Positions 36,980-48,624 of a DNA stretch of 64,000 bases are shown piece by piece. A program made the translations under genes and the position numbers. The DNA is from Callorhinchus milii (taxonomy: Eukaryota). A model generated the notes under the pieces. The model saw only the letters and a program-made list of their open reading frames with translations, did not search any database and was not told the origin of the DNA. The first letter of the stretch is position 1; every line of letters begins with the position of its first letter. The stretch spans positions 131,876,001 to 131,940,000 of the forward strand of contig NW_024704742.1 of assembly GCF_018977255.1 (NCBI RefSeq), read 5' to 3'.

Positions 36980-38547
36980 GATTGAAATCGCCCATTATGA
37001 GCAGGCACTCAGAGCAAAGGGACAGGGAAGAGAGGAGAGTAGAGATTTTTGTGTGGACGGAGGCGGGGGTGCTTAGGGGGGCAGTAGACAAGGGGGATGT
37101 TCCATGGGAGAGAAGAGTGGAAGAGGATGAGGTGCTCAAAGGAGGGAAAGCAGTCAGACGATTAGGGGGTAAGACCAAGGGAGACTTTGGAAATGAAGGC
37201 CACACCGCCGCCACGTTGGTTTGGATGGGGGGTGGGGTGGAAGGTGTAGCCTGGAAGGGAGGCTTCCAACAACAACAACTTGGATTTAAATAGCGCCCTC
37301 CACCGGACGGTGTCTCAGAGCGCTTAATTGGCTGCCATGTCATTTCCCTAGGAAATGTCCACTGGAGGGACGGGGTCATTGGGGGAGAGCCAGGTTTCGG
37401 TGAGCCCAAAAATGTCAAAGTGCTTGTTCATGATGAGGTCGTGGTTGGTGAGGGCTTTATTTGAGAGGGAATGGACTTTTGGAGGGAAATGAGGGTGGGT
37501 TTGCTGGAGGGAGGGGAGGGAGGAGAGAGTGGTGCGGAGGGGATTTTTGAGTGTACAGGAGAGATGGTTTTGGAGAGTGGTGTAAGTGGAGAGTTGGGGA
37601 GGGTATGTATGAGGGAAGGGGAAGTTGGGTTGCCTTAAGGAGGCGGGTTGAGCGGAGGGAGTGAGTGATGGGACAGGTGGGGTTGCTGCTCTGGGACAGC
37701 CAGTGCCGGGAGCCACGATGGGCCCGGCGGAGGATGCTCAGGCTGGAGCAGAGGGAAGTGGTGATTGAAATCGCCCATTATGAGCAGGCACTCAGAGCAA
37801 AGGGACAGGGAAGAGAGGAGAGTAGAGATTTTTGTGTGGACGGAGGCGGGGGTGCTTAGGGGGCAGTAGACAAGGGGGATGTTCCATGGGAGAGAAGAGT
37901 GGAAGAGGATGAGGTGCTCAAAGGAGGGAAAGCAGTCAGACGATTAGGGGGTAAGACCAAGGGAGACTTTGGAAATGAAGGCCACACCGCCGTCACGTTG
38001 GTTTGGACGGGGGGTGGGGTGGAAGGTGTAGCCTGGAAGGGAGGCTTCCAACAACAACAACTTGGATTTAAATAGCGCCCTCCACCGGACGGTGTCTCAG
38101 AGCGCTTAATTGGCTGCCATGTCATTTCCCTAGGAAATGTCCACTGGAGGGACGGGGTCATTGGGGGAGAGCCCGGTTTCGGTGAGCCCAAAAATCCAAA
38201 AATGCTTGTTCATGATGAGGTCGTGGTTGGTGAGGGCTTTATTTGAGAGGGAACGGACTTTTGGAGGGAAATGAGGGTGGGTTTGCTGGAGGGAGGGGAG
38301 GGAGGAGAGAGTGGTGCGGAGGGGATTTTTGGGTGTACAGGAGAGATGGTTTTGGAGAGTGGTGTAAGTGGAGAGTTGGGGAGGGTATGTATGAGGGAAG
38401 GGGAAGTTGGGTTGCCTTAAGGAGGCGGGTTGAGCGGAAGGAGTGAGTGATGAGACAGGTGGGGTTGCTGCTCTGGGACAGCCAGTGCCGGGAGCCACGA
38501 TGGGCCCGGCGGAGGATGCTCAGGCTGGAGCAGAGGGAAGTGGTGAT
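36980..38547. repeat. Tandem duplication of a ~782-bp unit (36980-37765 / 37763-38547) inside the L2
   Basis: Both units start GATTGAAATCGCCCATTATGAGC and end GAGGGAAGTGGTGAT. They differ by only a handful of substitutions. ORFs 37348..37716 and 38130..38498 are near-identical. Confidence 0.97.
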
Positions 38548-39511
38548 GGGGTCGAGGAGAGAGAGAAGGCGGGGAGGGCGGTGGGAGAGAAGGACAGAGG
38601 GGGAGTAGCGGATAGAGGGTGGTGGGAGGAGAGACATTTGGAGTGGAGGGGGAGGGGAGGCTCGGGTCGGGGCGGCAGCCAATACGCGCACACAGAGACC
38701 GGGAGCGAGCGATCCGTGGGACAGCATCAGCCCGCAGGCTCAGCCTCCCAGGTCATGGCTGGGATGGCAGTGCCAGGGGCTGCCAGGCCATTGTTGTTGT
38801 TGTTGTTGCTGGTTTTTTAACTGTGATGTCACGCCGCCATCACTGTGTGAATCGCACCCCCCCCCCACCCCCACCTCATCACTCCCCCCACCCCGTCACT
38901 CCCCCACCCGCCCCGTCACTCCCCCCCCGCCGCGTCACTTCACATCTTTGAAACATCTCAAAGCGCTTCACAGATTACACTGTAAAGTGTAGTGAATTTT
39001 GTCGGTGAAACGCGGCAGCCAATTGCACACAGCAGTGTCCCACAAACAGTAGCTGATTGAGGGACCACATTATTATTATCACTATTATTTTGGAGGGATT
39101 ATTACCCCCAGAAAGTAATCCGCCAATCGACTAACAAGTACTTACTGCTAGGCAAACAGAGCTGTGTGTGTGGATTAAGGAAAATTGCCTAAGGTTTCAT
39201 CCTTTTCGTTTCACTATTTTTTTACCTAAATAGTCCCTTTCCGCCAAAATACAGTTACCATCTTTTGTCTGTGTTCTGTGTTCAATCGTTGGTGTGGTTT
39301 TAATTTACTGGGCCATAAAGTAATTACTTTAAAGGAAAATGTCTGGTACATATCAGTGCATTTTAAAAAGAAGTCAAGGATAAAGGAACATGAAATTGCT
39401 TTGTTCCAGAGTTGCACACACTTCTAAATATCCGCAATAGAGTTGAAAATGGGCTAGGAAATGTCCAATTTAGGTATGCATTACTGAGTGGATTCACTGA
39501 GATACAAATGC

Positions 39512-39868
39512 AATAATAATAATAATCCTTGCATTTGATATAGCGTCTCATCGCGTCATTGAGCCGTCTTAAAGCTCTTCACAGAATATATTGTAAAGTG
39601 AATTGATTGTATATTTTGTGGGCAAAATACGGCAGCCAATTGTGCACAGCAGTGTCCCACAAACAGTCGTTAATTGAGTGACCAAATTATTATTTATTTT
39701 TTGAACAGATTATTACCCCCAGGAAAGCGATCCGCCAATCGACTAACAACTGCGAGGTAAACAGAGGCGTGTGGAGTAAGGAAACTTGCCTAAAGTTTTG
39801 TCGTGCCCGGGAATCGAACCCGGGTCCTCACACTTGCGAGACCTCTAGCCAATATGATACAGGACTCC
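39512..39868 (-). mobile_element. tRNA-derived SINE, long subfamily (another partial copy at 38945-39205)
   Basis: GAAAGCGATCCGCCAATCGACTAAC segment. Head ends ACAGGACTCC. Confidence 0.9.
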
Positions 39869-40151
39869 ATAATGAATCAATGAGAAAGCACAACTCTGGC
39901 CTCTCGTTGTCTTGCTACAAAAAATGGTCTCTTTGGACCATCTTGTTGATAAAGAAAATGTTGTCTGGTTTATACTCCTTGTGATGTGCCAGCCCAGCTG
40001 CAGCCTGACCCCATTATAATGCGACACAGTTTAGAACAACCCCGCTTTTTGCACGGTGTACTGGGGACCGTGCTATATGCAGGGAGCGTTGCTGGCTCAC
40101 TTCCTGTGTGCTGCGTATGCGTGCTGTACATAGGAAGTGCCACTGCTGCCT

Positions 40152-40729
40152 CTTCACAAGGGGAGGGGAGGTAAGCAGGGGTCTTCTCGGGCTGAGCTGG
40201 CTCCAAGGTGATGTGCTTGGCAACAAATGTTTGGAATTGAGTCAACCCACTGTGATGGACTCTGTAGCTTAGGTTCTGAGTCAGGGTGGGCTGCAGTATT
40301 CTAAAGCATTGCTGCTGACAGACCAGCTAACCTGGCTTGTCAGCAGGATTTGAAGGGGCTTCCTCAGCATCTTCTTCCCACTCAGCACCTGTCAAAACCT
40401 GCAAAAGAAAGCCCTAATGGGTAAGATGTTCCTAGCTGGACAAGCAGTGAGAAGCTTGCCAGACAGTGCTTTCAATGGCAAGCTCTGCGGTTTTAGTTGG
40501 TTCAATGCCAGAAGTACCCCAAAGCACAAAGCCAAGCCTTGGCTCTTTTGCCAACCTGCACCTAATATTTCTCAGAGTGCGTCACTCCGGGGAGAGAGTG
40601 CACATTCCATTCCAGACAAGGGAAATTTCCATGGTAGATGGCATACAAGTGCGAAACTCTCAGTCTGGTTTGGATAGTCTTAAGCACGGTAATGGTTCCC
40701 AGTTGCTTCAGACAACCAGGTGACCAAAA
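40152..40729 (+). repeat. Unclassified interspersed repeat 'family X', near full-length copy
   Basis: Colinear with 30955-31525 (reverse) and about 10 other fragments. Ends ..CAGACAACCAGGTGACCAAAA. Confidence 0.85.
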
Positions 40730-42023
40730 TGTACTCAGATGCTTGTATTGTGAAACTGATACTCCTGTCTCATGCTATTTTGCCTCTCAAACAGAAACAC
40801 GCTCACAAATGTGACGAAAACATTTTGTGAAAGAAAAATTCTTTGTTAGATTCGTTTGAAGACTTTAATTGAACAGCAATAACTAATGAGCTGCAGTACA
40901 GTGGGTTCTAATTGAGGCAGGCAGCATGACTATCTTTCAGTTAACATGCCTGTCCCAATTGATAGCCTCTTGCACTTTACCTGATCTATTATCGCTAGAT
41001 TTCAAAGCATTGTGAATTAGACTGTATTCCATACAAATAAAGCATTGTCTTTTGATTTTAGCTACCTCATTTATTTCAACCTTATTTTGACTCTTATAGT
41101 TTCAGATGGACTAAGTATGTCCCAGGAGCCATTGATTTTCTGAGGGATCTGTCGAGTCTGCATATTGTTTGCTCATTGTATCAGTTTATATATATATTTG
41201 TGCTATAAAGTTACCAGCACTGAGCAGGTACTACAGAATGATCGATCTATAATTGTGGTTGTGGATTAGCACCAACTATTTGACTGATAAAATGACTGTA
41301 ACATATGAGAGGTCCCAGTCCATTCTTGATCATGAGCGATTTTTCGATTGTCTAATTCAGCAGTCGTTTAGCAATAATGATCCTTACAAGCTGTCAGAAC
41401 ATCAGCAGGTCTGAGTCAAGAGTGGAAACAGAGAGGCGGATATGGGTGTTGTCAGGGGACATGTGGAAATTTGCTACGTGTTGCCGGATAATAATAATAA
41501 TAATAAACCTTGCATTTTGTATAGCGCCTTATCATGTCATTCAGATCTCTCAAAGCACTTTACAGGATACATTGTAAAGTGGATTGATTGTGGTTTAAAT
41601 GATATTAACGAGGGGAGCATATGGATACCACACAATACAAAATTTACATTTATATACTGCCTTTCATGTCAGGAGGATGTCTCAAAGCGTCTCACAGTTC
41701 TGAATGGACACTGGAGCCAAAGGGGGTGAGGAGAGGAAAAGATGACCAAAAGAGATACATCTTGAGGCGGACCTTAAACAAGGTGAGAGAGAGAGCGAAT
41801 TGGGATGGAATTCCAACGAACGGGGGCAAGATAGTGGGGAGGATAGGACGGGGAGCTTGAAGCAGAAATGTGCTCGCTGGGCGAAGGAAGCAGATGAGTC
41901 AGTAGGGAAAATGAGGAGAGAAAAGGAGAGAACTGTGAGGTAAGTCATTGGTCACCACAATATAGCACGACAATATAAAAGCTCTCATATTCCTCTGCAG
42001 CTACCAATGTTAATACCTTGTGT

Positions 42024-42365
42024 GGAGTTCTGTAGCGTATTAGTTAGAGCACTCGCTTCACAAGCGAGAGGACCCGGGTTCAGTTCGCAGTTGGGGCAAA
42101 ACCTTAGAAAAGTTTTCTTACTCCACACGCCTTGGTTTACCTACCAGTAAGGGGGATCCCTGTTGTTAGTCGATTGGTAATAATTCCTCAAAACAAAATT
42201 GGGTCACTCAATCCACAGCTGTTGTGGGACACTGCTGTGCGCAATTGGTTGCTGCATTTCGCCCACAAAATACAGTCAATTTATTACAATATATTCTATG
42301 AAGCGCTTTGAGACATCTTAACTATGTGATAAGGGGCTATACCAAATGCTAGTATTATTATTATT
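42024..42365 (+). mobile_element. tRNA-derived SINE, long subfamily
   Basis: GGAGTTCTGTAGC head, GTTTACCTACCAGTAAG segment and (ATT)n tail. Confidence 0.88.
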
Positions 42366-44905
42366 AATAATATTTTGCATGTAACCTCTATGTGTTAGCT
42401 TTCCTCAACAGTGTCATTGAAACGTATGGTTTCTGGGGAATACTTTAGTCTTCTGTAACCTTGACCACAACTACATGCTACGATTCCTGAGACTCACATT
42501 TTATTTATTTAAGTTCCCTCAGTCACATTATGAAAACCAGATATCACACCAGAATCTTGGGGCTTTCCTCTATTTATCACACACGTTCAAAGGATTCAGA
42601 TGACACCAAGTAGTGAGGAACTGTGAAATCAGAAGAGGTAGCAAATGTCCTGTAATGAGATCTCAATGGGGTGTGCACATGGACTGAAGTCTGGCAATTG
42701 AAATACAATGCAGGTAAATGGAAAGTCCTGAATATAGGAAGCAAAATTAAGAGGCACTCATTCTCTATGGGTGGGATAGGACTTGTCAAACTGAAAGAGA
42801 CCTTGGCGGTGCATGTTAGCTGACTCATTGTTCACCATGTCACAACAATAACTTGCATTTTGTTTCGCCCACAAAATACAGAGTCAATTCATTTAACTAT
42901 ATATTCTGTGAAGTGCTTTAAGACATCTCAATTATGACATAAGGCACTACATCAAATGCAAGGCTTATTATTATTATAATTTATTCATATAGGGCCCTTC
43001 ATTCAGGGTCTCCGCTACAGTGTGAGGCTGCAATAAACAAGGCAACTGGGAGGTGGGGAGGTTGGGGGGATTGTGAACTGGTAGACTGTAGAATAGGAAT
43101 GTTTCTGAAAATCATTTGTGTCCTATTCATAGTAATTTGAGCTTAAAAAATAGCTGTGAATAGCTTAAAAAATCACCACTTTAGCACACTATGGTAATGC
43201 TTCAGCGTATAGCAGTTAATGAATGTAATAATAAGTAAGTGATAGAAAGGCTTCCTTTAGGCTCATTATTGAAGTAAAAACCTAGGAAGTTTAATCCAGA
43301 TGAAACCGTGTTTCCACAGGAATTTAGAATTGTCTGCACAGATTCCTAGACGTGATGAAAGGAGAATGCATTGATTTGATATTTTTTAGATGGGCGAAAA
43401 GAAAAAAAGAGCCCTTCAAGGACAAATTAAGAAAAAGAATATTGGCTTTGACACCGGTATTCAAACCGCACACAGCAGCCATTAGTATTTATGAAATAGA
43501 ATTTTTTCTCTTTGGCAAAGGATTTGAAAGTATGCAGCAAGGACATGCTCTCTGAGGTGTTTCTAATGTAGAAGCAAAACTGCACTGTAACAGAGGAGGT
43601 TTATTTTTCTCTTCGACCATTTAACATTCCATCGTGACTATGTGTCAATCGGCTCAGGCCTGATACACATCCCGCCACGCCTCCCCTCCCCCATTCTTCT
43701 GCCTCCATTCTCCTGTCTTGCCCCCCCACTTCTTTGCCCGTCTTCAACTATGATAGTCAAGCGCTCCGAGATGCTACCTCACGTGAGGGGCGCTATATAA
43801 AAGCGAGCTCCTGTGCTGTTGTTTGCTTGCTTCAAACACACAGTTTGAAATCCATGTTCCCATGACAAAGCTGGAGCTCCATTGGACAAAGATAATGTGT
43901 GTGTGTTTTTTTCTGGACAGAAGTGGGTTTTAAAACTCAATGATAGAAAATTCAATATCACCATCAAATAACAATAATGATTACACATACACAGATCCCT
44001 TCACGTCAGGAAGCCATCTCAAAGGACTTGATAAGAGACGATAGCGAGCCCGATCTGGGGTTAGGAGGAGGCGGCCTTTGAAGGAGTTGAGGGAGTCGGC
44101 AGCAAGGTGGAGGAATTGGCTGCCACATTTCGCCCACAAAATATACAGTCAATCACTTTACAATATATTCTGAGAAGGGCTTTGAGATGTCTTGAAGACG
44201 CGAGAAGGTGCTATATCAAATGCAAGGATTATTATTACTTAGAATACTTACTGCTTACTTACGTGAAACAGCCCGGTGTTTTCTGAGGAGCTGTATGAAG
44301 AGGTGGTAAAGGGAAATCCTCGAAAACATTGCCAATGTGCGAGATAATTATATCTGCAAGCGATCTGGTTGTTTGAATACTTTAAGCAATAAAATTCAAT
44401 GAAATGGACCTAACTGTGTTATGCAAAAATGAGCCATTTTCATCCGTTGTTTCAAATAATAATAATAATATAACAATAATCCACACATTTATTATAGCGT
44501 CTTTCACGACATTGAGACATCTCAAAGCCCTTCATAGGATATACCGTAAACTGGTTCGACTGTGCATTTTGTGGGTGAAACCTCAGAAATGATATGCGTA
44601 CTCATAAACATGGCAGATGTACAGTTGTTTTTCTCTCTCTCTCTCCCCATCTCAAATGCCAAATGGAGGGATTTAGCGTAAATCTGTCAACAAATAGAAT
44701 TCAGGCTATTTCCTCAAAACTCCAGTTAAAGGCATATTATGGTTTTTCAACTGCCTTGGATTGAATTTGTTTGAATTTAAAAAGCTCTGATGGAAATCTG
44801 CTGTGTTTCGTTTTGCTAAATGTGCGACTCAGAATCATGATTTAATCTAAGTATTTTTCTAAGTATAATGCATACATTTCATTCTCTCTTCTTGAATCTG
44901 CAGCA

Positions 44906-44908
<3 letters not shown>

Positions 44909-44946
<38 letters not shown>

Positions 44947-44978
44947 CCCCTCTCTCTCTCTCACTCTTTTCTCTCTCT
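44909..44978. repeat. (TC)n microsatellite and pyrimidine tract
   Basis: Direct inspection. Confidence 0.95.
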
Positions 44979-45050
44979 GAGCATCTGGTTCATAAACTGC
45001 AGCTCTGTCCATTATGCCATCAGGGTTGTTCAGTTTATGAGTTTTGACTC
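44979..45050 (+). ncRNA. Candidate pre-miRNA-like hairpin
   Basis: TCATAAACTG/CAGTTTATGA 10-bp stem plus CAGCTCTG/CAGGGTTG 8-bp stem (2 G-U pairs), a 2-nt bulge and a 13-nt loop. Confidence 0.3.
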
Positions 45051-45778
45051 TACTTTTGTCAATGGACCAGGGAGAAGTCTGAGAAGTGGATGTCAGCTTC
45101 TTACAAAATGATATGCTGTATAGCGAAAGAAGAGGAAGAAGGGAATAGAGGGGTTTAGGTGAGGGGATCACAAGTGGTGGGTGGTTGCGTGAAATATAAA
45201 CCCTGTCACACACTAGTAAGGCTGAATGGCCTATTTCCTTGCTGTATCTCTCTATGCAACTAAGTACTCTCTCTCTCTGTATATGGTGCAATCTCTCTTT
45301 CTCTTTCTCTTTCTCCTTGTATATGAAACCATCTCTCTCTAACATATGTGGGATTCAAATAAACATATTATAATGTGGACAGGCTATAAATGCAGAGCAT
45401 AGGTGCAAACCTAAACAAGAATAGACACTGCTGCTTTAAGTTCTAAGTATCTTGGATGTTTTTGTCTTATGTCTGGATCATTGGCACCCTAATTTTGACT
45501 AAGTTGGATTTCTGGATAAAAACAACATCTGCTCAGTCGAACGCAGGCCAGAACTCAAAGACAGGATGAGCTAACTGGCATTAAATGGTTGGAGTAGAGT
45601 TAAGAGTAAAACTAGGGCTCTGGGAATTTTGTAACATTAACAAAATGGTTTTATCCTCTTTTACTATAACGTGTCAACAAGCAGACAAGGGCACAAGCTC
45701 AGAGGAGTGAAAGTGTCTTGGGTAGATTCAACAATTGGCCAGCCTGGCTCAGTTGGTCACGCTCTTGCCTCAGAGTCA

Positions 45779-46023
45779 AACACAGATTAGATAGTTTTCT
45801 TGTAGGAAATAACATTATGGGATATACAAAATACAATACAATGCAAAATTACATTTGTAAAGCGCCTTTCATGTGGGGAGGATGTCCCAATATAGTACAT
45901 AGGTAGTTCCTATATAGTACATAGGTAATTTGGGACATATGTGCATGCAACAGCCAGGAAGGTGGAAGGCGAACTTGATGGACCTTGGTCTTTTATCGTT
46001 TCTAGCATATCTTATGTTCTTAT
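45779..46023 (+). mobile_element. CR1 3' end inserted in a DeuSINE head, TSD GAGTCA, itself carrying an L2 tail
   Basis: GAGTCA at 45773-45778 and 46024-46029. CTTGATGGACCTTGGTC..CTTATGTTCTTAT end. Minus-strand L2 tail at ~45827-45890. Confidence 0.8.
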
Positions 46024-46191
46024 GAGTCAGAAGGTTGTAGGTTCAAATTCAATTTTATCTGAGGGATTGCTGGTCAGGACACCTCCCTTCTTTTTTCGAG
46101 CAGTGCCATGAGATAACATCACTGAACTAGCAGTTGGGAGCTCGGTTTAACGTCTGAGTCGAATGGCACCTCCAACAATGCAGAGCATCCC

Positions 46192-47380
46192 CAACAACAA
46201 CAACAAGATTACATTTGTATAGCGCCTTTCACATCGGGAGGATGTCCCAAGACGCTGGACAGAGTACAGCATTTCAGACCCGAGCTGGGGTTGGGGGTAT
46301 AAGGGAGGGGAGGGGAAGGGGGGTGGCCGATGGCATGGTCGTAGAGGAGGGTCTTGAGGCAGGACTTGAAGGAGGCTAAGGAGGGGGTGAAGCGGAGTGA
46401 TTGGTGGATGGAATTCCAGAGGTTGGAGGCAGAGTGCCTGAAGGCTCTCCCAACAATGGTGGGGCGCGTGGGTCCGGGGACGTGGAGCAGGCCAGAGCCG
46501 ACTGAGCGGAGGGAATGGGCGGGTTGGTAGGGGGTTAAGAAGGCACAGAGGTAGGGTGGGGCGAGGCCATGGAGGGCTTTGTAGTTGAGGACCAGGATCT
46601 TGAACTGGATCCTCTGAAGGATAAGAGCCAGTAGAGTCAGGCGAGAGTGGGGGAGATGGGGTCACGGAGTTTGGTGAGGGAGAGGACACGGGCTGCAGAG
46701 TTCTGGATTATCTGCAGCCTTTGGAGGGAGGAGTTGGGAAGGCCGGTGTTTGCAGGGTGTTTGCATAGTCGAGCCTGGAGGTGATGAAGGCATGAACAAG
46801 ACTTTCAGCGGCCTGAGGGGTGAGGTAGTGGCGGAGTTGGGCAAAGTTACGCAAGTGAGGAAGACAGTGTGGGTCATGGCTTGAATGTGGGGGAGAAAAG
46901 ACAGTTGAGGGTTGAACAAGACACCGAGGTGCCTGACTGACTTGGTGAGTTGTAGTGTGTAACCATGGAGGTTGAAGCTGCCAGAGCCTGAGGTGCAGAG
47001 GCGCTGGCGCGAGCCAATCAGGAGGGCCTCAGTCTTGTTCACATTCAACTGTAGGAAATTTGCCCTCATCCAGGACTTGATGTCCGACAGCAGTCTGTCA
47101 GGACAGCAGTGGTCCTGGAGTTGAGGCAGAAAGATAGAGTTGGGTGTCATCCGCAAACATATGGCAGTTGACCCCATGTCTGCGGATGATGTCACCAAAG
47201 GGGAGCATATAGATATTAAAGAGGAGAAAAGGACAGAGCCCTGGGGGATACCAGACATGACAGTGAGGGGGCTGGAGGAGAAACCATTAGAGGAAACAAA
47301 GTGGAGACGGTGAGAGAGATAGGAATCGAACCAGGCAAGGGCAGATTGAGTAAAGCGGAGAGGCGGTGTGTGAGGATGGA
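46192..47380 (-). mobile_element. 5'-truncated L2 LINE (RT to tail) inserted in a DeuSINE
   Basis: (AAC)n tail at 46192. ORF 46662..47258 ([28 protein letters not shown]). DeuSINE halves at ~46050-46191 and ~47385-47505. Confidence 0.9.
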
Positions 47381-48624
47381 GTGCATTGAGTCATTGAACG
47401 GAAGTGTCAGCCTGGATTGTTTGAGCTCTAAGTCTCAAAGTACGGCTTGGACCCTCAACTGTCTGCCTCAGAGGCGGGAGTCTACCAACCTTACCAAGCT
47501 GACACCTTAATAGAGTAAAAAGTGCAGTGGTTAATTCAAAGGCTGTTGAACTCTTAAACTAGAGATGAAAGAGATGATAGCAGATACTTGGGAGAGATTC
47601 ACAAGGCATTAATCTAACTCGGAGTGGGGGCGCAGTGGAGGGGCGACTAATGTCATAAAGTGGGAGAGATGTGCTCCCGCAGTTTATAACCATCGCCTGG
47701 CCCCTGAGGTCAGATCCCTGTCTGAAATCTAGTTTATAAAAATCTTTTTTTCTGTTTGATGTGTGGGCTTTTATTCCAATTTTGATCCATTTCTGGTGCA
47801 GGTGTCAGGCGTTGATTGAGGTGCTCCCTTTGTGGTTAATATACAATAATATTAATCATAATAATCCTTGCATTTGTTATAGGGCCTATAATGTCTCAAA
47901 TTACTTCAAAGAGGGGTATTTTTCTGTAAAGTGCAGTGACTTATGTATTTTGCAGGCAAACATGGCAACCAATTTGGGCATGGCAATATCCCATAAACTG
48001 ACATGAAGAGAATGATCAATTTTACCTGGAGGATTTGTCAGCCAGGACACCAGAAGAAACTCCCTTCTCTTTTCAAATTGTGAAATAACTATAATACTAC
48101 AAATTCTTACATTTAATATAGCGCCTTTCAAATTGGAAGGACATCTCAAAGCACTTCACAGGATATAAAGTAAAATAAAGCGCAAGTGCAAGTTGTTGTA
48201 TACTATAAAATGTAATGACTGTGTATTTTGTGGATGAATGCAGCAGCCAAGTTGCGCATAGCAATGTCTCACAAACAGCCATGAAGTGAATGACTAATTT
48301 TATTTGGGGTAATGTTAGCCAGAACACTGGGAGAAAAACCCTTCATGTGGTTGTAAAAGCATTTGAATGGCACAACTATTGAGTATAAAGCACACGAAAG
48401 ACTCTCACAACGTAAACCATGATTCGCGCAAGTAGATTCCACAAGAGCCCTCTGTTCTGAGCACATGGGGATAATATTTTATGTTATCGTTGTATTGTAT
48501 TATATGTAAAACCTCATGAGTTGGCATTACCTTTTCTCATCACATCAAGCTGTTGTTTAAAATGATTCGTCCACAAAATGCACAGTATTTACAGTATATC
48601 CAGAGAAGCACATTGAGATGTCTC

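Larger units (their letters stand above)
34136..38790 (-). mobile_element. Apparently full-length, decayed L2-clade LINE with SINE insertion, internal tandem duplication and nested tail insertion
   Basis: Tail at 34136-34205. YADDTQLY in ORF 34730..35131. FQSGFRPAHSTETALVKV in ORF 35392..35676. APE motifs LTETWL, IMGDFN and SEHFLI in ORFs 37348..37716 and 36369..37418. N-terminal YSPSVLL...ILRRAHRGSR in ORF 38239..38727. Confidence 0.92.

Noticed and set aside
36369..37418. 349-aa ORF as a host gene
   Set aside because: It is a frameshifted L2 endonuclease remnant read through a nested insertion.
38855..38940. C-rich (CGTCACTCCCCC)-like minisatellite or G-quadruplex
   Set aside because: Short low-complexity tract between two TEs with no evidence of function.
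40165..40215. 5S rRNA-derived head for family X (GTAAGCAGGGGTC)
   Set aside because: Only a short box-A-like match, with no box C and no 5S 5' sequence.
44842..45345. 167-aa ER-rich ORF
   Set aside because: It is produced by (GA)n microsatellites and a CR1 remnant.
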